A stretch of 61,931 nucleotides of DNA, filler included. It is 6 parts of 6 records of this genome, joined end to end, with 100 filler letters (N's around TTAATTAATTAA, not from the genome) between each part and the next. Parts side by side here need not be neighbours in the genome. Positions count along the whole stretch, not along the records: positions 9,577 to 19,793 come from SRR31147125_1063; positions 19,894 to 28,513 come from SRR31147125_1079; 4 more parts are not named here. The stretch is one strand, 5' to 3'. This document shows, piece after piece, positions 9,577 to 20,941 of the stretch. The notes beneath the pieces are model-generated. The model saw only the letters and a program-made list of their open reading frames with translations. It had not been told where the DNA came from and made no database searches. Numbering within the stretch: position 1 is the first letter of the stretch; each line of letters opens with the position of its first letter. A program made the translations under genes and the position numbers.

Positions 9577-9768
9577 AAAGGGTACAAAAGCCTGCTGGAA
9601 ATTGTGGAGCAGACCTGTAATGACCCGCAGCAGCTGTTCTTTGATTTACAGCGCTTTAATCCTTACACACATGACATGCGGATGCAGCTGAAGAAATCCA
9701 TTGAAAGCACAATGTCATTACTAGCTGATGCTGATACAGGCGCAGACACAGGAGAAAACAGCGAATGA
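9577..9768 (+). CDS. C-terminal fragment of an unidentified protein
   Basis: Open frame KGYKSLLEIVEQ...DTGENSE*, ending in an ATGA overlap with mtaB. Confidence 0.6.
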   Translation, partial: KGYKSLLEIVEQTCNDPQQLFFDLQRFNPYTHDMRMQLKKSIESTMSLLADADTGADTGENSE

Positions 9769-11148
9769 AAATAGCCGTATTTACACTGGGCTGCAAACTA
9801 AACCAGTGTGAAAGTGAGGCTTTGGCAGATGCGTTCTACCGACAGGGCAGCCAAATTGTTCCATATTCCACGAACGCCGATCTTTATATTGTTAATACCT
9901 GTACTGTAACAAGTAAGGCAGAGCAGAAAGCACGCAGGATGATTAGAAAATTTGCATCACAGGGGCATGCTCCGGATGTGTTGATTACTGGCTGTTATGC
10001 TCAGATGGAACCGGAAATACTGCGCACAATGGCCGGAAATATTCACATTGTGCCATTAACCAGGAAACATACAATTCTCAATCTCCCTGAAATAATACAT
10101 ACAAAAAAAGCTCTTGGTATGCGGCTTCATGAGATTATTACAGAATGGATTGATGGTTCGAATACAGAAACCACGGACTTGATAGGGCAAAATACATTCG
10201 ATTATAAAGCGGATACATTTATCTATCATTCTCGTGCATTTTTAAAGATTGAAGACGGCTGTGATCATGATTGCGCCTACTGCCGTGTGACCATTGCTCG
10301 TGGTGCGGCAGTGAGTCTTGATAGAGAGGAGGTCGTCAGAAGAGCTGTTGACCTTGAAGAAGCAGGATACAGTGAAATCGTTCTTACCGGTGTAAATATA
10401 ACGGCATACAGGCATGACGGGGAGGGCCTGGAAGGGCTGCTTCGTGAATTGCTGAAACAGCTGAAAAAAGCACGAATACGGTTATCTTCACTGAGCCTGA
10501 TATGATAACTGAATCTCTCGTTGAATTGTGCCGGGATGAACGTGTCCAACCTCATTTTCATATTCCGGTTCAATCAGGTTCTGATTCAATTCTAGCAGCG
10601 GTGAATCGGCACTATACTGCTCAGGATATAGTTAAACAGGTAAATCTTCTGAAATCATCCAAGGATGATCCTTTTCTGGCTGCCGATGTTATAACCGGAC
10701 TGCCGGGAGAAAGAGATGAAGATGCGCAGGCAACCTATGATCTTCTCGCGAATGCAGGATTTTCCCAACTGCATGTTTTTCCCTATTCTCCCAGACCGGG
10801 AACAAAGCTGCATAAAGCAGCAAATCCAGTTCCAGAATATATTAGGGATAAGCGGGCAGCTGAACTGCGGATCCTGTCTCAAGAGCTTTTTCAGGATTCA
10901 AAAAGCGATGGGCTGGAAGGCAAGTTGAAGTAATTCTTGAAAATGCAAAGGATGGCTACTGGATAGGATTGAGCGGGAATTATTTACGTGTAAAGATCAG
11001 AAATCTCAAAACAGATGATGAACAAACAGAAAAAAGCTGCAAAGGGAAAATCTGTCTGGCAGTAATTGATAATTTACCGGAGGCAGAACCGAATTCAGTG
11101 CAGGAGATCCCGGAAATACTTACTGCCGAATTTATTCAATTCCTATAG
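9765..11148 (+). CDS. mtaB: tRNA t6A methylthiotransferase MtaB (frameshifts near 10492 and 10890)
   Basis: TLGCKLNQCES, NTCTVT, radical SAM CDHDCAYC, HIPVQSGSD, HVFPYSPRPGT; third segment VEVILE...GLSGNYLRV ends at TAG 11148. Confidence 0.92.
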
Positions 11149-11171
11149 TTAGTGTTTTGGTTGGTATGGAA

Positions 11172-12017
11172 TCACCGATAATGTTCCTGCATATACTGCT
11201 GAGGATTCTTTCCGGTTACTTTTTTGAAGATTCTGAAAAACTGCGCGTAACTGCCAAAACCGGATGCCAGAGCACAATCCAGAATAGTCCTGTTTCGTGT
11301 ATATGATGAAAGAAACCTCTCAATCCTGATTGTATTCCTGTATTCAGGAATTGTCATGCCAATCTCATCGTGAAATAGACTGCTGAGATATCCTCTGGAA
11401 ATATGCAGTGTATCGCACAGTTCAGACGTTTGGATCATAGGATTTCTTCCAATCAGTTCAATAGCCTGCTGCACTGCTGCGTGGCATGAAAATCCTGAAA
11501 TATCATTTGCCTGTTGAAAATAACGCCAAGTAGAGAACAATAACCATCTGATTCCCGATTCTGCCATTTCAATCTTATCTTCTTCATACTGTATGGTTCT
11601 GGCAGTGGAGAGTATGATCTCCATCATATGCACAGGCAGAGTTCTGCACAATACCGTTTGGGGGCATGCTTGAAGCAGAGGAGAAGCCCAGGATGAAGAA
11701 ACCAGACTTTTTAATAATGAAGCCCTGAAGACGAAGACAAGCATCGATAAGTCTTTGGAGGCATGGATAATCTGATGTTCTTCCTCAGGGAAAAGCCAAA
11801 GACAATTGCCTCTGGATAGCTGATACCGTTTACCGTCAATCAAATAGGTGACATTACCGGTTTCGATTAGATTCATTTCCAGATCATCGTGGCGATGGGA
11901 TACAGAAATGAGCCGATGCCAGTTGGTGAAAACGAGATATCCGGGCAGATTTTCATGAAATACCAGTTCAACTCTACTCATCTGACAAAATGATAACACA
12001 AAACGAATATTATGCAA
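11172..12017 (-). CDS. AraC family transcriptional regulator
   Basis: Cupin HRHDDLEMNLI and C-terminal HTH (ALASGFGSYAQFFRIFKKVTG). Confidence 0.93.
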   Translation of the reverse strand: MHNIRFVLSFCQMSRVELVFHENLPGYLVFTNWHRLISVSHRHDDLEMNLIETGNVTYLIDGKRYQLSRGNCLWLFPEEEHQIIHASKDLSMLVFVFRASLLKSLVSSSWASPLLQACPQTVLCRTLPVHMMEIILSTARTIQYEEDKIEMAESGIRWLLFSTWRYFQQANDISGFSCHAAVQQAIELIGRNPMIQTSELCDTLHISRGYLSSLFHDEIGMTIPEYRNTIRIERFLSSYTRNRTILDCALASGFGSYAQFFRIFKKVTGKNPQQYMQEHYR

Positions 12018-12073
12018 TGTAAGCCGTTAATTATCACTGTAAAATGTACAAAACGTAATATCAGGAGCAAGGC

Positions 12074-13201
12074 ATGGAAATGGATAAGGTAATGAATAGT
12101 CTGATTGAATCGTACAGCGCAAAATACGATGCCGAATATTGGAAAGAGAAAACCGCAGTATATGAATCATGGTGGGAAGGGACACTGGGAAGACCGCTGC
12201 TGCATTTTACCAACCCCTCAGCTGAATTGCCGTATGATACAGAAAAAATACCCTATCGACAATTCTGGACGTATTACCCCGAAGGAACTTCCATTGACTC
12301 TATGATTACAGCCATGCTGTATGATCTTGATAATCAGCGGTGTTCTGGTGATGGATTCCCTCAGCGATTTTTACAGTTCGGAGCAGGAGTTCTGGCTGCC
12401 ATGGCGGGGGCTGAATCAAAGAATGTCAGTGATTCTGTCTGGTTTGAGCCGAAGGATGGTCTGAAATTATCTGAACGTGATTTTGCCTTGAATCCCGATA
12501 ATGAAACATATCTTCTCATAAGCAACATATATACCAGACTTGCCGAGTTATTGCCGCAGGGGCTGTTTCAGATCGGTATGACTGATATTGGTGGAACGGC
12601 GGATATCCTGAATTCATTCTCTCCCGGCGGCAGTCTGCTGATGGATTTTTATGATGATCCGGATATGGTCAAAGAAAAAATTTGGGAAGTGCATGAATTA
12701 TGGAAAAAGGTTTTTTATGAATATTCAGCTATCATCAATCAAGTAACTCCCGGATATACCTGCTGGACTCCGATTCTTTCCAGAAAAAGCAGCTATATGC
12801 TGCAATGCGACCTTGCCTACATGATCGGTCCCGATATGTTCGAAGAATTTATATATGATGAACTAAAGGCAGCGTGCGCGCTGCTTGACCGGCCGTTCTA
12901 TCACCTTGACGGACAGGGTCAACTGGCTCATCTCGACATGTTGCTGGATATCGAACATCTGAAGGGCATTCAGTGGATTCCGGGTGAAGGTTCCGCTCCA
13001 TTGTCGCAATGGCCTGAGGTGTTCCGGAGAATTTCAGATTCCGGTAAAAAAATTCAAATATTTTTCAATCCGGATGATGATCCAAACTTGCTCGAAACTA
13101 TAGCTGATCAAATAGGAGGAGCAGATAACATTTGCGCTATCTGGCGAGACCCATATAATAATCAGAGGGTGGTGGAAAAAGTGCTGCAGCAGTTTGGATA
13201 A
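12074..13201 (+). CDS. UroD/MtaA-like TIM-barrel protein (annotated class 'trimethylamine corrinoid protein 2'-like)
   Basis: LQCDLAYMIGPDMFEEF, FYHLDGQGQLAHLDMLL, IQWIPGEG motifs. Confidence 0.8.
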   Translation: MEMDKVMNSLIESYSAKYDAEYWKEKTAVYESWWEGTLGRPLLHFTNPSAELPYDTEKIPYRQFWTYYPEGTSIDSMITAMLYDLDNQRCSGDGFPQRFLQFGAGVLAAMAGAESKNVSDSVWFEPKDGLKLSERDFALNPDNETYLLISNIYTRLAELLPQGLFQIGMTDIGGTADILNSFSPGGSLLMDFYDDPDMVKEKIWEVHELWKKVFYEYSAIINQVTPGYTCWTPILSRKSSYMLQCDLAYMIGPDMFEEFIYDELKAACALLDRPFYHLDGQGQLAHLDMLLDIEHLKGIQWIPGEGSAPLSQWPEVFRRISDSGKKIQIFFNPDDDPNLLETIADQIGGADNICAIWRDPYNNQRVVEKVLQQFG

Positions 13202-13336
13202 TAATAGGATGTATATAGCAATTTGGTTCCACAGAAATCCTTTTTTTAAAAAAGGAAATCATCCCCGACAGGAATCATCCCCGATGTTGAACCACGGCTC
13301 ATAATAGTATAAGGTACCCATACAATATTTAAACGA

Positions 13337-15118
13337 ATGGTGAAAAGAATGAAAGAGTTAAGAAACAGCTGGAAAACTGCCGTTTTTGATGCCCTGGTGA
13401 AACTGGCAAATGAATACTCATTGGAAAGCGATGTAATTTCCGAAGATCAGATACTGCTGCAGAAACCTCCTAAAGAGGAAATGGGAGATTTTGCAGTGCC
13501 CATGTTTTCTTTTGCTAAGATTTTCAGGAAAGCACCACAGCACATAGCTGCTGGAATAAAGGATATTCTGGACTTATCAGACAGTAACCCCTCCGGTACG
13601 GTGTCTGCCGACGGACCTTATCTGAATATAAAAACGGATCTGCTGCAGGCATCAGGCAAACTCTGGGAAAAAATGCAGCTTGAGAAAGAGCAGTTCGGAA
13701 ATAATGATAATTTATCGGATCAGAAAATAATGATCGAGTTTTCCTGCCCGAATACGAATAAACCGCTCCACCTTGGACACTTGAGAAATGATTCACTTGG
13801 AGAGAGTACCGCCAGAATTCTGGAAGCAAACGGGGCGGAGGTAATCAAGGTTAATTTAATTAACGACCGCGGTGTTCATATCTGTAAATCCATGTTGGCG
13901 TATATGGAGTTTGGCGATGCAAAGACACCAGAATCTGAAGGTGTGAAAGGCGATCATTTTGTCGGCGACTACTACGTGAAATTTAACAATTGGGCTAAAG
14001 ATGCTGAAAATGCAGAGAAAAGCGCGCAGGATCTCCTCATTAAATGGGAAGGTAATGATCCCCAGGTGGTAGATCTCTGGAAAAAGATGAATGGTTGGAC
14101 CCTTGACGGAATTTTTGAAACATACAAAAAAACGGGAATCTCCTTCGATAAACTGTATTATGAAAGCGAAACCTATAAACTGGGAAAAGATCTGGTTTTA
14201 GCTGGCCTTGAAGATGGTGTTTTTTATAAAGATGAAAAAGGAACAATCTGGATAGACTTAGAAGAGATCGGACTGGATAAGAAAGTGCTTCTGAGAAATG
14301 ACGGGACATCGCTTTATCTGACACAGGATATTGGCACAGCGGTATCCAGACACGATGACTGGCCGTTTACAAAATTAATTTACGTTGTTGGATCTGAACA
14401 ACAGTATCACTTCAGAGTACTCTTCCATGTACTGAAAAAATTGGGCCTGGAGTGGGCCGAAAATCTCTATCATCTCTCATACGGTATGGTGAATTTACCC
14501 GAGGGCAAAATGAAATCCCGGGAAGGTACCGTAGTCGACGCTGATGATCTGGTAGAAACCCTTTCTACAATGGCGCGTCAGGAAATTGTAGAAAAGAAGC
14601 GGGAACAGGAAGTAGGAGATTTGGACAAAACTGCAGAATCAATCGCTCTGGGCGCGCTAAACTACTATCTTCTGCAGACCGCTCCGACAAAAGATATGAT
14701 TTTCAACCCTGCTGAATCATTGTCATTTAATGGGAACACAGGTCCTTATCTGCAGTATATGGGTGCGAGAATATCCAGTATGCTGAAGAAGTTTACAGAA
14801 AAGACCAGGCTTGATGCATCGGAAATGCAGTTAGATTCTGACCAGCTCACTCTGCAGGAAGAGCATTCGATAATAAAACAGATTATGATCTTCCCGGAAA
14901 TAGTTGAGCAGGCCGGTAGTGATCTCAATCCCGCGATTGTCGCATCGTACCTGTATGACCTTTCCAGATTGTACAGCAGATATTATCATGACCATCCGAT
15001 TATGCGAGCGGAAACTGAAGAGCTTTCCGGGGCTAGGATTATTCTTTCGACAATGGTTCTTCAAGTACTGAAAAACGCGTATGTACTCTTAGGAATTCCA
15101 TTCCTGGAAAGTATGTAA
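13337..15118 (+). CDS. argS: Arginine--tRNA ligase
   Basis: PNTNKPLHLGHLRN, GKMKSREG, GNTGPYLQY, C-terminal LESM. Confidence 0.98.
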   Translation: MVKRMKELRNSWKTAVFDALVKLANEYSLESDVISEDQILLQKPPKEEMGDFAVPMFSFAKIFRKAPQHIAAGIKDILDLSDSNPSGTVSADGPYLNIKTDLLQASGKLWEKMQLEKEQFGNNDNLSDQKIMIEFSCPNTNKPLHLGHLRNDSLGESTARILEANGAEVIKVNLINDRGVHICKSMLAYMEFGDAKTPESEGVKGDHFVGDYYVKFNNWAKDAENAEKSAQDLLIKWEGNDPQVVDLWKKMNGWTLDGIFETYKKTGISFDKLYYESETYKLGKDLVLAGLEDGVFYKDEKGTIWIDLEEIGLDKKVLLRNDGTSLYLTQDIGTAVSRHDDWPFTKLIYVVGSEQQYHFRVLFHVLKKLGLEWAENLYHLSYGMVNLPEGKMKSREGTVVDADDLVETLSTMARQEIVEKKREQEVGDLDKTAESIALGALNYYLLQTAPTKDMIFNPAESLSFNGNTGPYLQYMGARISSMLKKFTEKTRLDASEMQLDSDQLTLQEEHSIIKQIMIFPEIVEQAGSDLNPAIVASYLYDLSRLYSRYYHDHPIMRAETEELSGARIILSTMVLQVLKNAYVLLGIPFLESM

Positions 15119-15124
15119 CGAGTA

Positions 15125-15153
15125 TTGACCAGTTTGGAACCTTATGATATAAG
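15125..15153 (+). promoter_or_regulatory. Putative sigma70 promoter of rplU
   Basis: TTGACC-17 nt-TATAAG with extended TG. Confidence 0.55.
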
Positions 15154-15188
15154 GTATCCTGCATAAATAAAGATAAGGATGTGGTTTA

Positions 15189-15500
15189 ATGTACGCATTA
15201 GTTGAAATTAAAGGCAAGCAGTATAAGGCCCTTGAAGGGGCAAAACTGACTGTTGACCGGTTTGAAAATGAACCGGGTGATGTAGTTGAGTTTGATTCGG
15301 TCATGATGATTTCTGATGGTGATAAAACCAAAGTAGGAACCCCATATGTTAAGGGCGCCAAGGTAACAGCCGTAGTTGATGAACAGGTGAAAGGTAAGAA
15401 AATCACAATCATCAAGTTTAAACGTAGAAAAGGTTACCGAACAAAACAGGGTCACAGACAGAAATACTCAGTATTAACTGTTAAGAGCATTAAAGCTTAA
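15189..15500 (+). CDS. rplU: 50S ribosomal protein L21
   Basis: [13 protein letters not shown]...GHRQKY. Confidence 0.98.
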   Translation: MYALVEIKGKQYKALEGAKLTVDRFENEPGDVVEFDSVMMISDGDKTKVGTPYVKGAKVTAVVDEQVKGKKITIIKFKRRKGYRTKQGHRQKYSVLTVKSIKA

Positions 15501-15520
15501 TACAACCGGGAGTTATAGAT

Positions 15521-15772
15521 ATGGCACATAAGAAAGGCGGCGGAAGCTCAAAGAATGGAAGAGACTCCGAATCCAAGCGACTCGGAGTAAAAAGATACAG
15601 CGGACAAATTGTGAAAGCTGGAGAAATACTGGTTCGTCAGCGTGGTACAAAAATCCACCCCGGTGAAAACGTGGGATGTGGAAAAGATTTCACCCTGTTT
15701 GCAAAAGAGGGCGGAACAGTAGATTATTCATCACGTCGAAACAGAAACTACGTATCTATAGTAACCGAATAA
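15521..15772 (+). CDS. rpmA: 50S ribosomal protein L27
   Basis: [16 protein letters not shown]...RQRGTK. Confidence 0.99.
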   Translation: MAHKKGGGSSKNGRDSESKRLGVKRYSGQIVKAGEILVRQRGTKIHPGENVGCGKDFTLFAKEGGTVDYSSRRNRNYVSIVTE

Positions 15773-15809
15773 TCAGTTACTATATAGATAACCGGAAATG
15801 GCAGAGTGA

Positions 15810-16865
<1,056 letters not shown>

Positions 16866-17519
16866 GTGGAGCCTAAAAAAACGGCTATCATCGGAGGAAC
16901 TTTTAATCCCGTTCATACCGGCCATCTTTATCTGGCCGAGCTGATATTTTCTGAAACAGATATTGAAAGAATACTCTATATACCAGTTAATACACCATCA
17001 CACAAAGCATACATAAATAATGTCACCGCCGATCAGAGGATCGCTATGCTGAAAACGGCACTAGATGATTTTCTGTCAGAACATTCCGAAACAGTGCTGG
17101 AAGGTAAAGAAATCCTCGTAGATGATTGCGACATCCAAAGAGGTGGTATTTCCTACACATTCGACACAATTGATCATGTCATCAGAAATTACGCTATTGA
17201 AGGTAAACTATCATTTGTTATAGGTGATGATTTAGCTGCCGGGCTTGATACATGGTACAAATGGGATGAATTGAAGAACAGAATTCGTTTTATTATCGCA
17301 ATGCGTGATGGTAAGCGTAAGCAGGATCAAAAATTCCAGCATGCAGTAAATTTATCTGTGCTTGCAGATTGTGATGCGACTATTTTACAGAATAGAGTTA
17401 TCGATATATCTTCTAGTCGAATTCGTGATATGCTTCTGAAAGGAGAAGATGTATCCGCGTTACTTCCACAGCGGGTGCTGCAACATATTCGGGATCATGG
17501 ATTATACGGTATTACTTGA
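16866..17519 (+). CDS. nadD: Nicotinate-nucleotide adenylyltransferase
   Basis: GGTFNPVHTGH, SYTFDT, ISSSRIR. Confidence 0.95.
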   Translation: MEPKKTAIIGGTFNPVHTGHLYLAELIFSETDIERILYIPVNTPSHKAYINNVTADQRIAMLKTALDDFLSEHSETVLEGKEILVDDCDIQRGGISYTFDTIDHVIRNYAIEGKLSFVIGDDLAAGLDTWYKWDELKNRIRFIIAMRDGKRKQDQKFQHAVNLSVLADCDATILQNRVIDISSSRIRDMLLKGEDVSALLPQRVLQHIRDHGLYGIT

Positions 17520-18105
17520 ACTGATAAAAAATCAACTCTCAAAACGACGGTTTGAACATACCATGCGCACCGTGAAGGCCGCAGAATTGCTGGCTGAACG
17601 ATTTTCCTGCAATATGGAGGATGTGAGAACGGCGGTACTCTGGCATGATTACGCGAAAGAATGGACACACGATAAAATACTTGATGCCGTTCAGCATACA
17701 GAAGCGGTTAATTTTTTCAACATTAGAGAAGAGGAAAAAAAGATACCCGATATACTGCATGGAGCCGCTGCGGCAATAGAGCTGAATAGACTATTCCCGC
17801 ATACGAAGATCAAGCCTGAAATTCTTTCAGCTATACGCTGGCACACTGCCGGATCACCTGATATGGGTCAGCTGGGATATATCGTTTTTATTGCGGATTA
17901 TATTGAAGATGGGCGAAAACATCTTACAGAAAACGATCGGCAGAAGATAACAGACAAAGAGAATCTTGAAACAATGATGCTGGTTATTTTAAAAAGAGAA
18001 TTTTCCGTGCTGGCAAAAACATCTGTCAATTATGCAATCATCAAAAGCTTTGTATCAAAAGCTCTCTTTGGAGCAGAATCGTGTATAAGAATAAAGCCAT
18101 TCTGA
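17497..18105 (+). CDS. yqeK: HD-domain Ap4A hydrolase YqeK (possible frameshift near the C-terminus)
   Basis: RRFEHT, WHDYAKE, ILHG, RWHT, ADYIE; position after nadD. Confidence 0.9.
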   Translation: MDYTVLLELIKNQLSKRRFEHTMRTVKAAELLAERFSCNMEDVRTAVLWHDYAKEWTHDKILDAVQHTEAVNFFNIREEEKKIPDILHGAAAAIELNRLFPHTKIKPEILSAIRWHTAGSPDMGQLGYIVFIADYIEDGRKHLTENDRQKITDKENLETMMLVILKREFSVLAKTSVNYAIIKSFVSKALFGAESCIRIKPF

Positions 18106-18764
18106 TTATTATGACGATTTGTTTTCTCTGTATCGTTTCATGCGCAATAACGCCCCGTGATACCAGTATTAACATTACCGTAACACTGGAAGACAGTCTT
18201 ATGCACGAAGATGGTTTTACAGGGAGTTCAGACATGGCTGTAACGGCAGCGGTTGATCTCGTTTCTGTTTTTATCAGCTGGAATCCCAGAACAAAAAAGT
18301 GTGTTTGTGTTCCTGTTGTACTGAAAGGGAATCAGGTGAATTCTGATAGTGAGAACCTGTTTCTGCAGCTTGCTGAATATCTTGAAATGGAAATTGATGC
18401 ACAAATCCTTATCAGCGGTGATGAGGGTAGACGATTACTTGAGATACTTGATACATTCTCGTCATCGGATGTACATCAGGATGAGATTGAATCTGTAACC
18501 CTGATAAACCAGAGGATCGCCAGTTTTAATGAAAATGCGGGACTATTTCTGCGGGATACGGTATTTCCCGTTTTAAAACCATTTATAACGGGAGATATTT
18601 CCGAGAAAACAGTAAAGAATTTTATCCGGCATGTGGATCAGTCAGAAGAAGGGATTGATATATTGCCGAAAATGGTAATTGACATTAATGACCTAAACAG
18701 CTATGTGTATGAACAGGAATATTTGAAACAGGTATTCAGATTGATGGAAGAGGGAGATACATAG
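18081..18764 (+). CDS. Hypothetical exported protein or lipoprotein, possibly a divergent LCP-like protein
   Basis: Signal peptide with IVSC lipobox-like motif; lies between yqeK and rsfS. Confidence 0.6.
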   Translation: MYKNKAILIIMTICFLCIVSCAITPRDTSINITVTLEDSLMHEDGFTGSSDMAVTAAVDLVSVFISWNPRTKKCVCVPVVLKGNQVNSDSENLFLQLAEYLEMEIDAQILISGDEGRRLLEILDTFSSSDVHQDEIESVTLINQRIASFNENAGLFLRDTVFPVLKPFITGDISEKTVKNFIRHVDQSEEGIDILPKMVIDINDLNSYVYEQEYLKQVFRLMEEGDT

Positions 18765-18772
18765 AGAGATTC

Positions 18773-19132
18773 ATGGAAGATACGTTAAAAAAGATACAAA
18801 AGTCAGCTATACAGACAGCAGCATTTATTGAAGAGCATAAAGGAATAGATCCCGTTTTGATTGATGTTTCCGAAGTGAGTTCATGGACCCGGTATTTCAT
18901 CATTACATCAGTAATGAGCAGTGGTCACCTGAAAGGATTGATTAAAGAGCTGCGGAATTTCCTTGCTGATGAAGCTGATCTTGAGATACGGCAGAAACAT
19001 AAGAAATTAGATGATGACGGTTGGGAACTCCTGGACTGTGGAGATATTGTCATACACCTGATGTCAAAAGAAAAACGGGAATTCTACAGTCTTGATAAAC
19101 TGTGGCATAGTGGTAAAAAGATAGTATTTTAG
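18773..19132 (+). CDS. rsfS: Ribosome silencing factor
   Basis: WELLDCGDIVIHLM...REFYSLDKLW. Confidence 0.95.
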   Translation: MEDTLKKIQKSAIQTAAFIEEHKGIDPVLIDVSEVSSWTRYFIITSVMSSGHLKGLIKELRNFLADEADLEIRQKHKKLDDDGWELLDCGDIVIHLMSKEKREFYSLDKLWHSGKKIVF

Positions 19133-19148
19133 ATTTTTTTGTTGTGAG

Positions 19149-19400
19149 TTATTCATCAAATTCTTCGTAGTCTAAACCACTACGAGAAGAATAGTAGTCT
19201 ATTTCGGAGTTGTCTTCCTCCAGATGGAAACCTTCTTCTCCAAGATGCTCTTCATCGTATTCATCGGTAATACTGTCATCAAATTCATCTTCCAGCAATT
19301 CCTCATCGAGAAAATCTTCGTCGAATACCGGCCGTGAATCTTCAAACTCATCATCAATGTAATCATCAATCAAAGAATCATCTTGATCAAAATTATCCAT
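19149..19400 (-). CDS. Small highly acidic protein (83 aa)
   Basis: RBS AGGAGG before ATG at 19400; 39 of 83 residues are D/E. Confidence 0.75.
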   Translation of the reverse strand: MDNFDQDDSLIDDYIDDEFEDSRPVFDEDFLDEELLEDEFDDSITDEYDEEHLGEEGFHLEEDNSEIDYYSSRSGLDYEEFDE

Positions 19401-19449
19401 CCCCAATACCTCCTGAATCGGATTGCTTTGAAGTAAACTACCTGTTATT

Positions 19450-19478
19450 AAGGTATTCCAACGAAATGTGTCTGTCAA
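19450..19478 (-). promoter_or_regulatory. Putative sigma70 promoter of the acidic protein gene
   Basis: TTGACA-17 nt-TACCTT on the minus strand; a divergent TTGACA at 19510 faces ispE. Confidence 0.5.
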
Positions 19479-19544
19479 TATATATCTTGAAAAATGATAT
19501 AACGAAAAATTGACATACAACCGCATTTCAGCATATGGTTTATT

Positions 19545-19793
19545 ATGGTTAAAAACATGCTAAAATCTTCATACGCAAAGATTAATCTACACTTGGAAAT
19601 CGTTGGCAGACGTCCTGACTCATATCATTCGATAATTTCTCTGTTTCAAAAAATACATGTAGCTGATAAAATTCGTATATCAATTTTTGAATCGAGGGAT
19701 TTCAGCTGTATTGTTCTTGGAGATTTTCACATTCCTCAACAGGATAATTTATTATATAAAGCTGCGCAAAGATTCAGTAAAGTGACGGGGAAA
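19545..19793 (+). CDS. ispE: 4-diphosphocytidyl-2-C-methyl-D-erythritol kinase (5' part)
   Basis: YAKINLHLEIVGRRPDSYH...DNLLYKAA. Confidence 0.93.
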
Positions 19794-19893
19794 NNNNNNN
19801 NNNNNNNNNNNNNNNNNNNNNNNNNNNNNNNNNNNNNTTAATTAATTAANNNNNNNNNNNNNNNNNNNNNNNNNNNNNNNNNNNNNNNNNNNN
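19794..19893. other. Artificial contig-joining linker
   Basis: N44-TTAATTAATTAA-N44. Confidence 0.98.
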
Positions 19894-19894
19894 T

Positions 19895-20938
19895 TTCAGA
19901 GGTCAATGCAACTGCGCTTATTGGCATGGAATTTTCGGTGGTTTGTATCTGCCGCATCTTAGAGATGCGATTTACGAGCATCTGATTATGGCCGAAAAAG
20001 TCGTTGATGATCGAGAACTCGCATATGAAACATACGACATTAATTTCAGTGGCAATGATGAAATTCTGCTCAGAAATCAAAAACTTGCAGCGATGATTGC
20101 TCCTGCCGACGGAGCGAGTTTAATCGAGCTTGATTTGCTCGATTTTAACGCAAATGTGGTAAACACTCTTGCTCGCAGATTCGAGGCTTATCACAAAATA
20201 GAGGAAGAAACGAGCGAAGATGAAACCGCCGGTGAAAGCATACACGATCAATCAAAAACGATTTCAAAAGAAGATAGAAAAATGCTTGTCTATGATGCTT
20301 TTCGCAGAAGCAGTTTCAGAGACACATTTTTTGAAAGCATCGACAATCTGACACCTGAAAAACTTCTTTTCCTTAATTATTCCGATAACTTGGGACTGGA
20401 AACAATACCATATGAATTTGACGTAACAGAGGAAAACGACTCTGTTTCCGCCGTATGTTCTGCCAGACAAAAAACTGATGACGGGCATTCCTTGCACCTG
20501 GTAAAAACATATAATGTACATAAAAACGACAACAAAATTTCGACCGATTACAGTGTAAAAAAGATGAATGGATCTCAGGCCGGATACCTGGGAATTCAGT
20601 TCAATTTATCGATTCCATCGGCTTTGGGAATCGATGAACCATTCGCCATAGATGGTGAACATTTAACCGGTGTTCATTTGCTTGACAATGGTCAAAAATC
20701 AAAAGCCAAAACTTTTACAATCAGAGATCCTCATCGAGGTTTCGATATTTCGATAAGTTCAGATCAGGAATCGAAAATAATGTGGTTTCCGGTTCAGACA
20801 ATTTCGCAATCGGAGAGCGGATTCGACAAAAACTATCAGGCTTCATGTGTGTGGTTCTTTGTTCCTCTGACTCTCGAAAACAGGAAAAACGAAAGATTCC
20901 GCTTTGAAATCAGTGCTGTTCAAATCAGTGACAATTGA
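19895..20938 (+). CDS. GH57 alpha-amylase / 4-alpha-glucanotransferase, C-terminal part (DUF1925/DUF1926 region)
   Basis: Frame begins FRGQCNCAYWHGIFGGLYLPHLR; TLARRFEAYH, SQSESGFDKNYQ. Confidence 0.92.
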   Translation, partial: FRGQCNCAYWHGIFGGLYLPHLRDAIYEHLIMAEKVVDDRELAYETYDINFSGNDEILLRNQKLAAMIAPADGASLIELDLLDFNANVVNTLARRFEAYHKIEEETSEDETAGESIHDQSKTISKEDRKMLVYDAFRRSSFRDTFFESIDNLTPEKLLFLNYSDNLGLETIPYEFDVTEENDSVSAVCSARQKTDDGHSLHLVKTYNVHKNDNKISTDYSVKKMNGSQAGYLGIQFNLSIPSALGIDEPFAIDGEHLTGVHLLDNGQKSKAKTFTIRDPHRGFDISISSDQESKIMWFPVQTISQSESGFDKNYQASCVWFFVPLTLENRKNERFRFEISAVQISDN

Positions 20939-20941
20939 TAG

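Noticed and set aside
15500..15521. No prp protease gene between rplU and rpmA
   Set aside because: L27 starts MAHKK with no N-terminal extension, so no processing protease is needed
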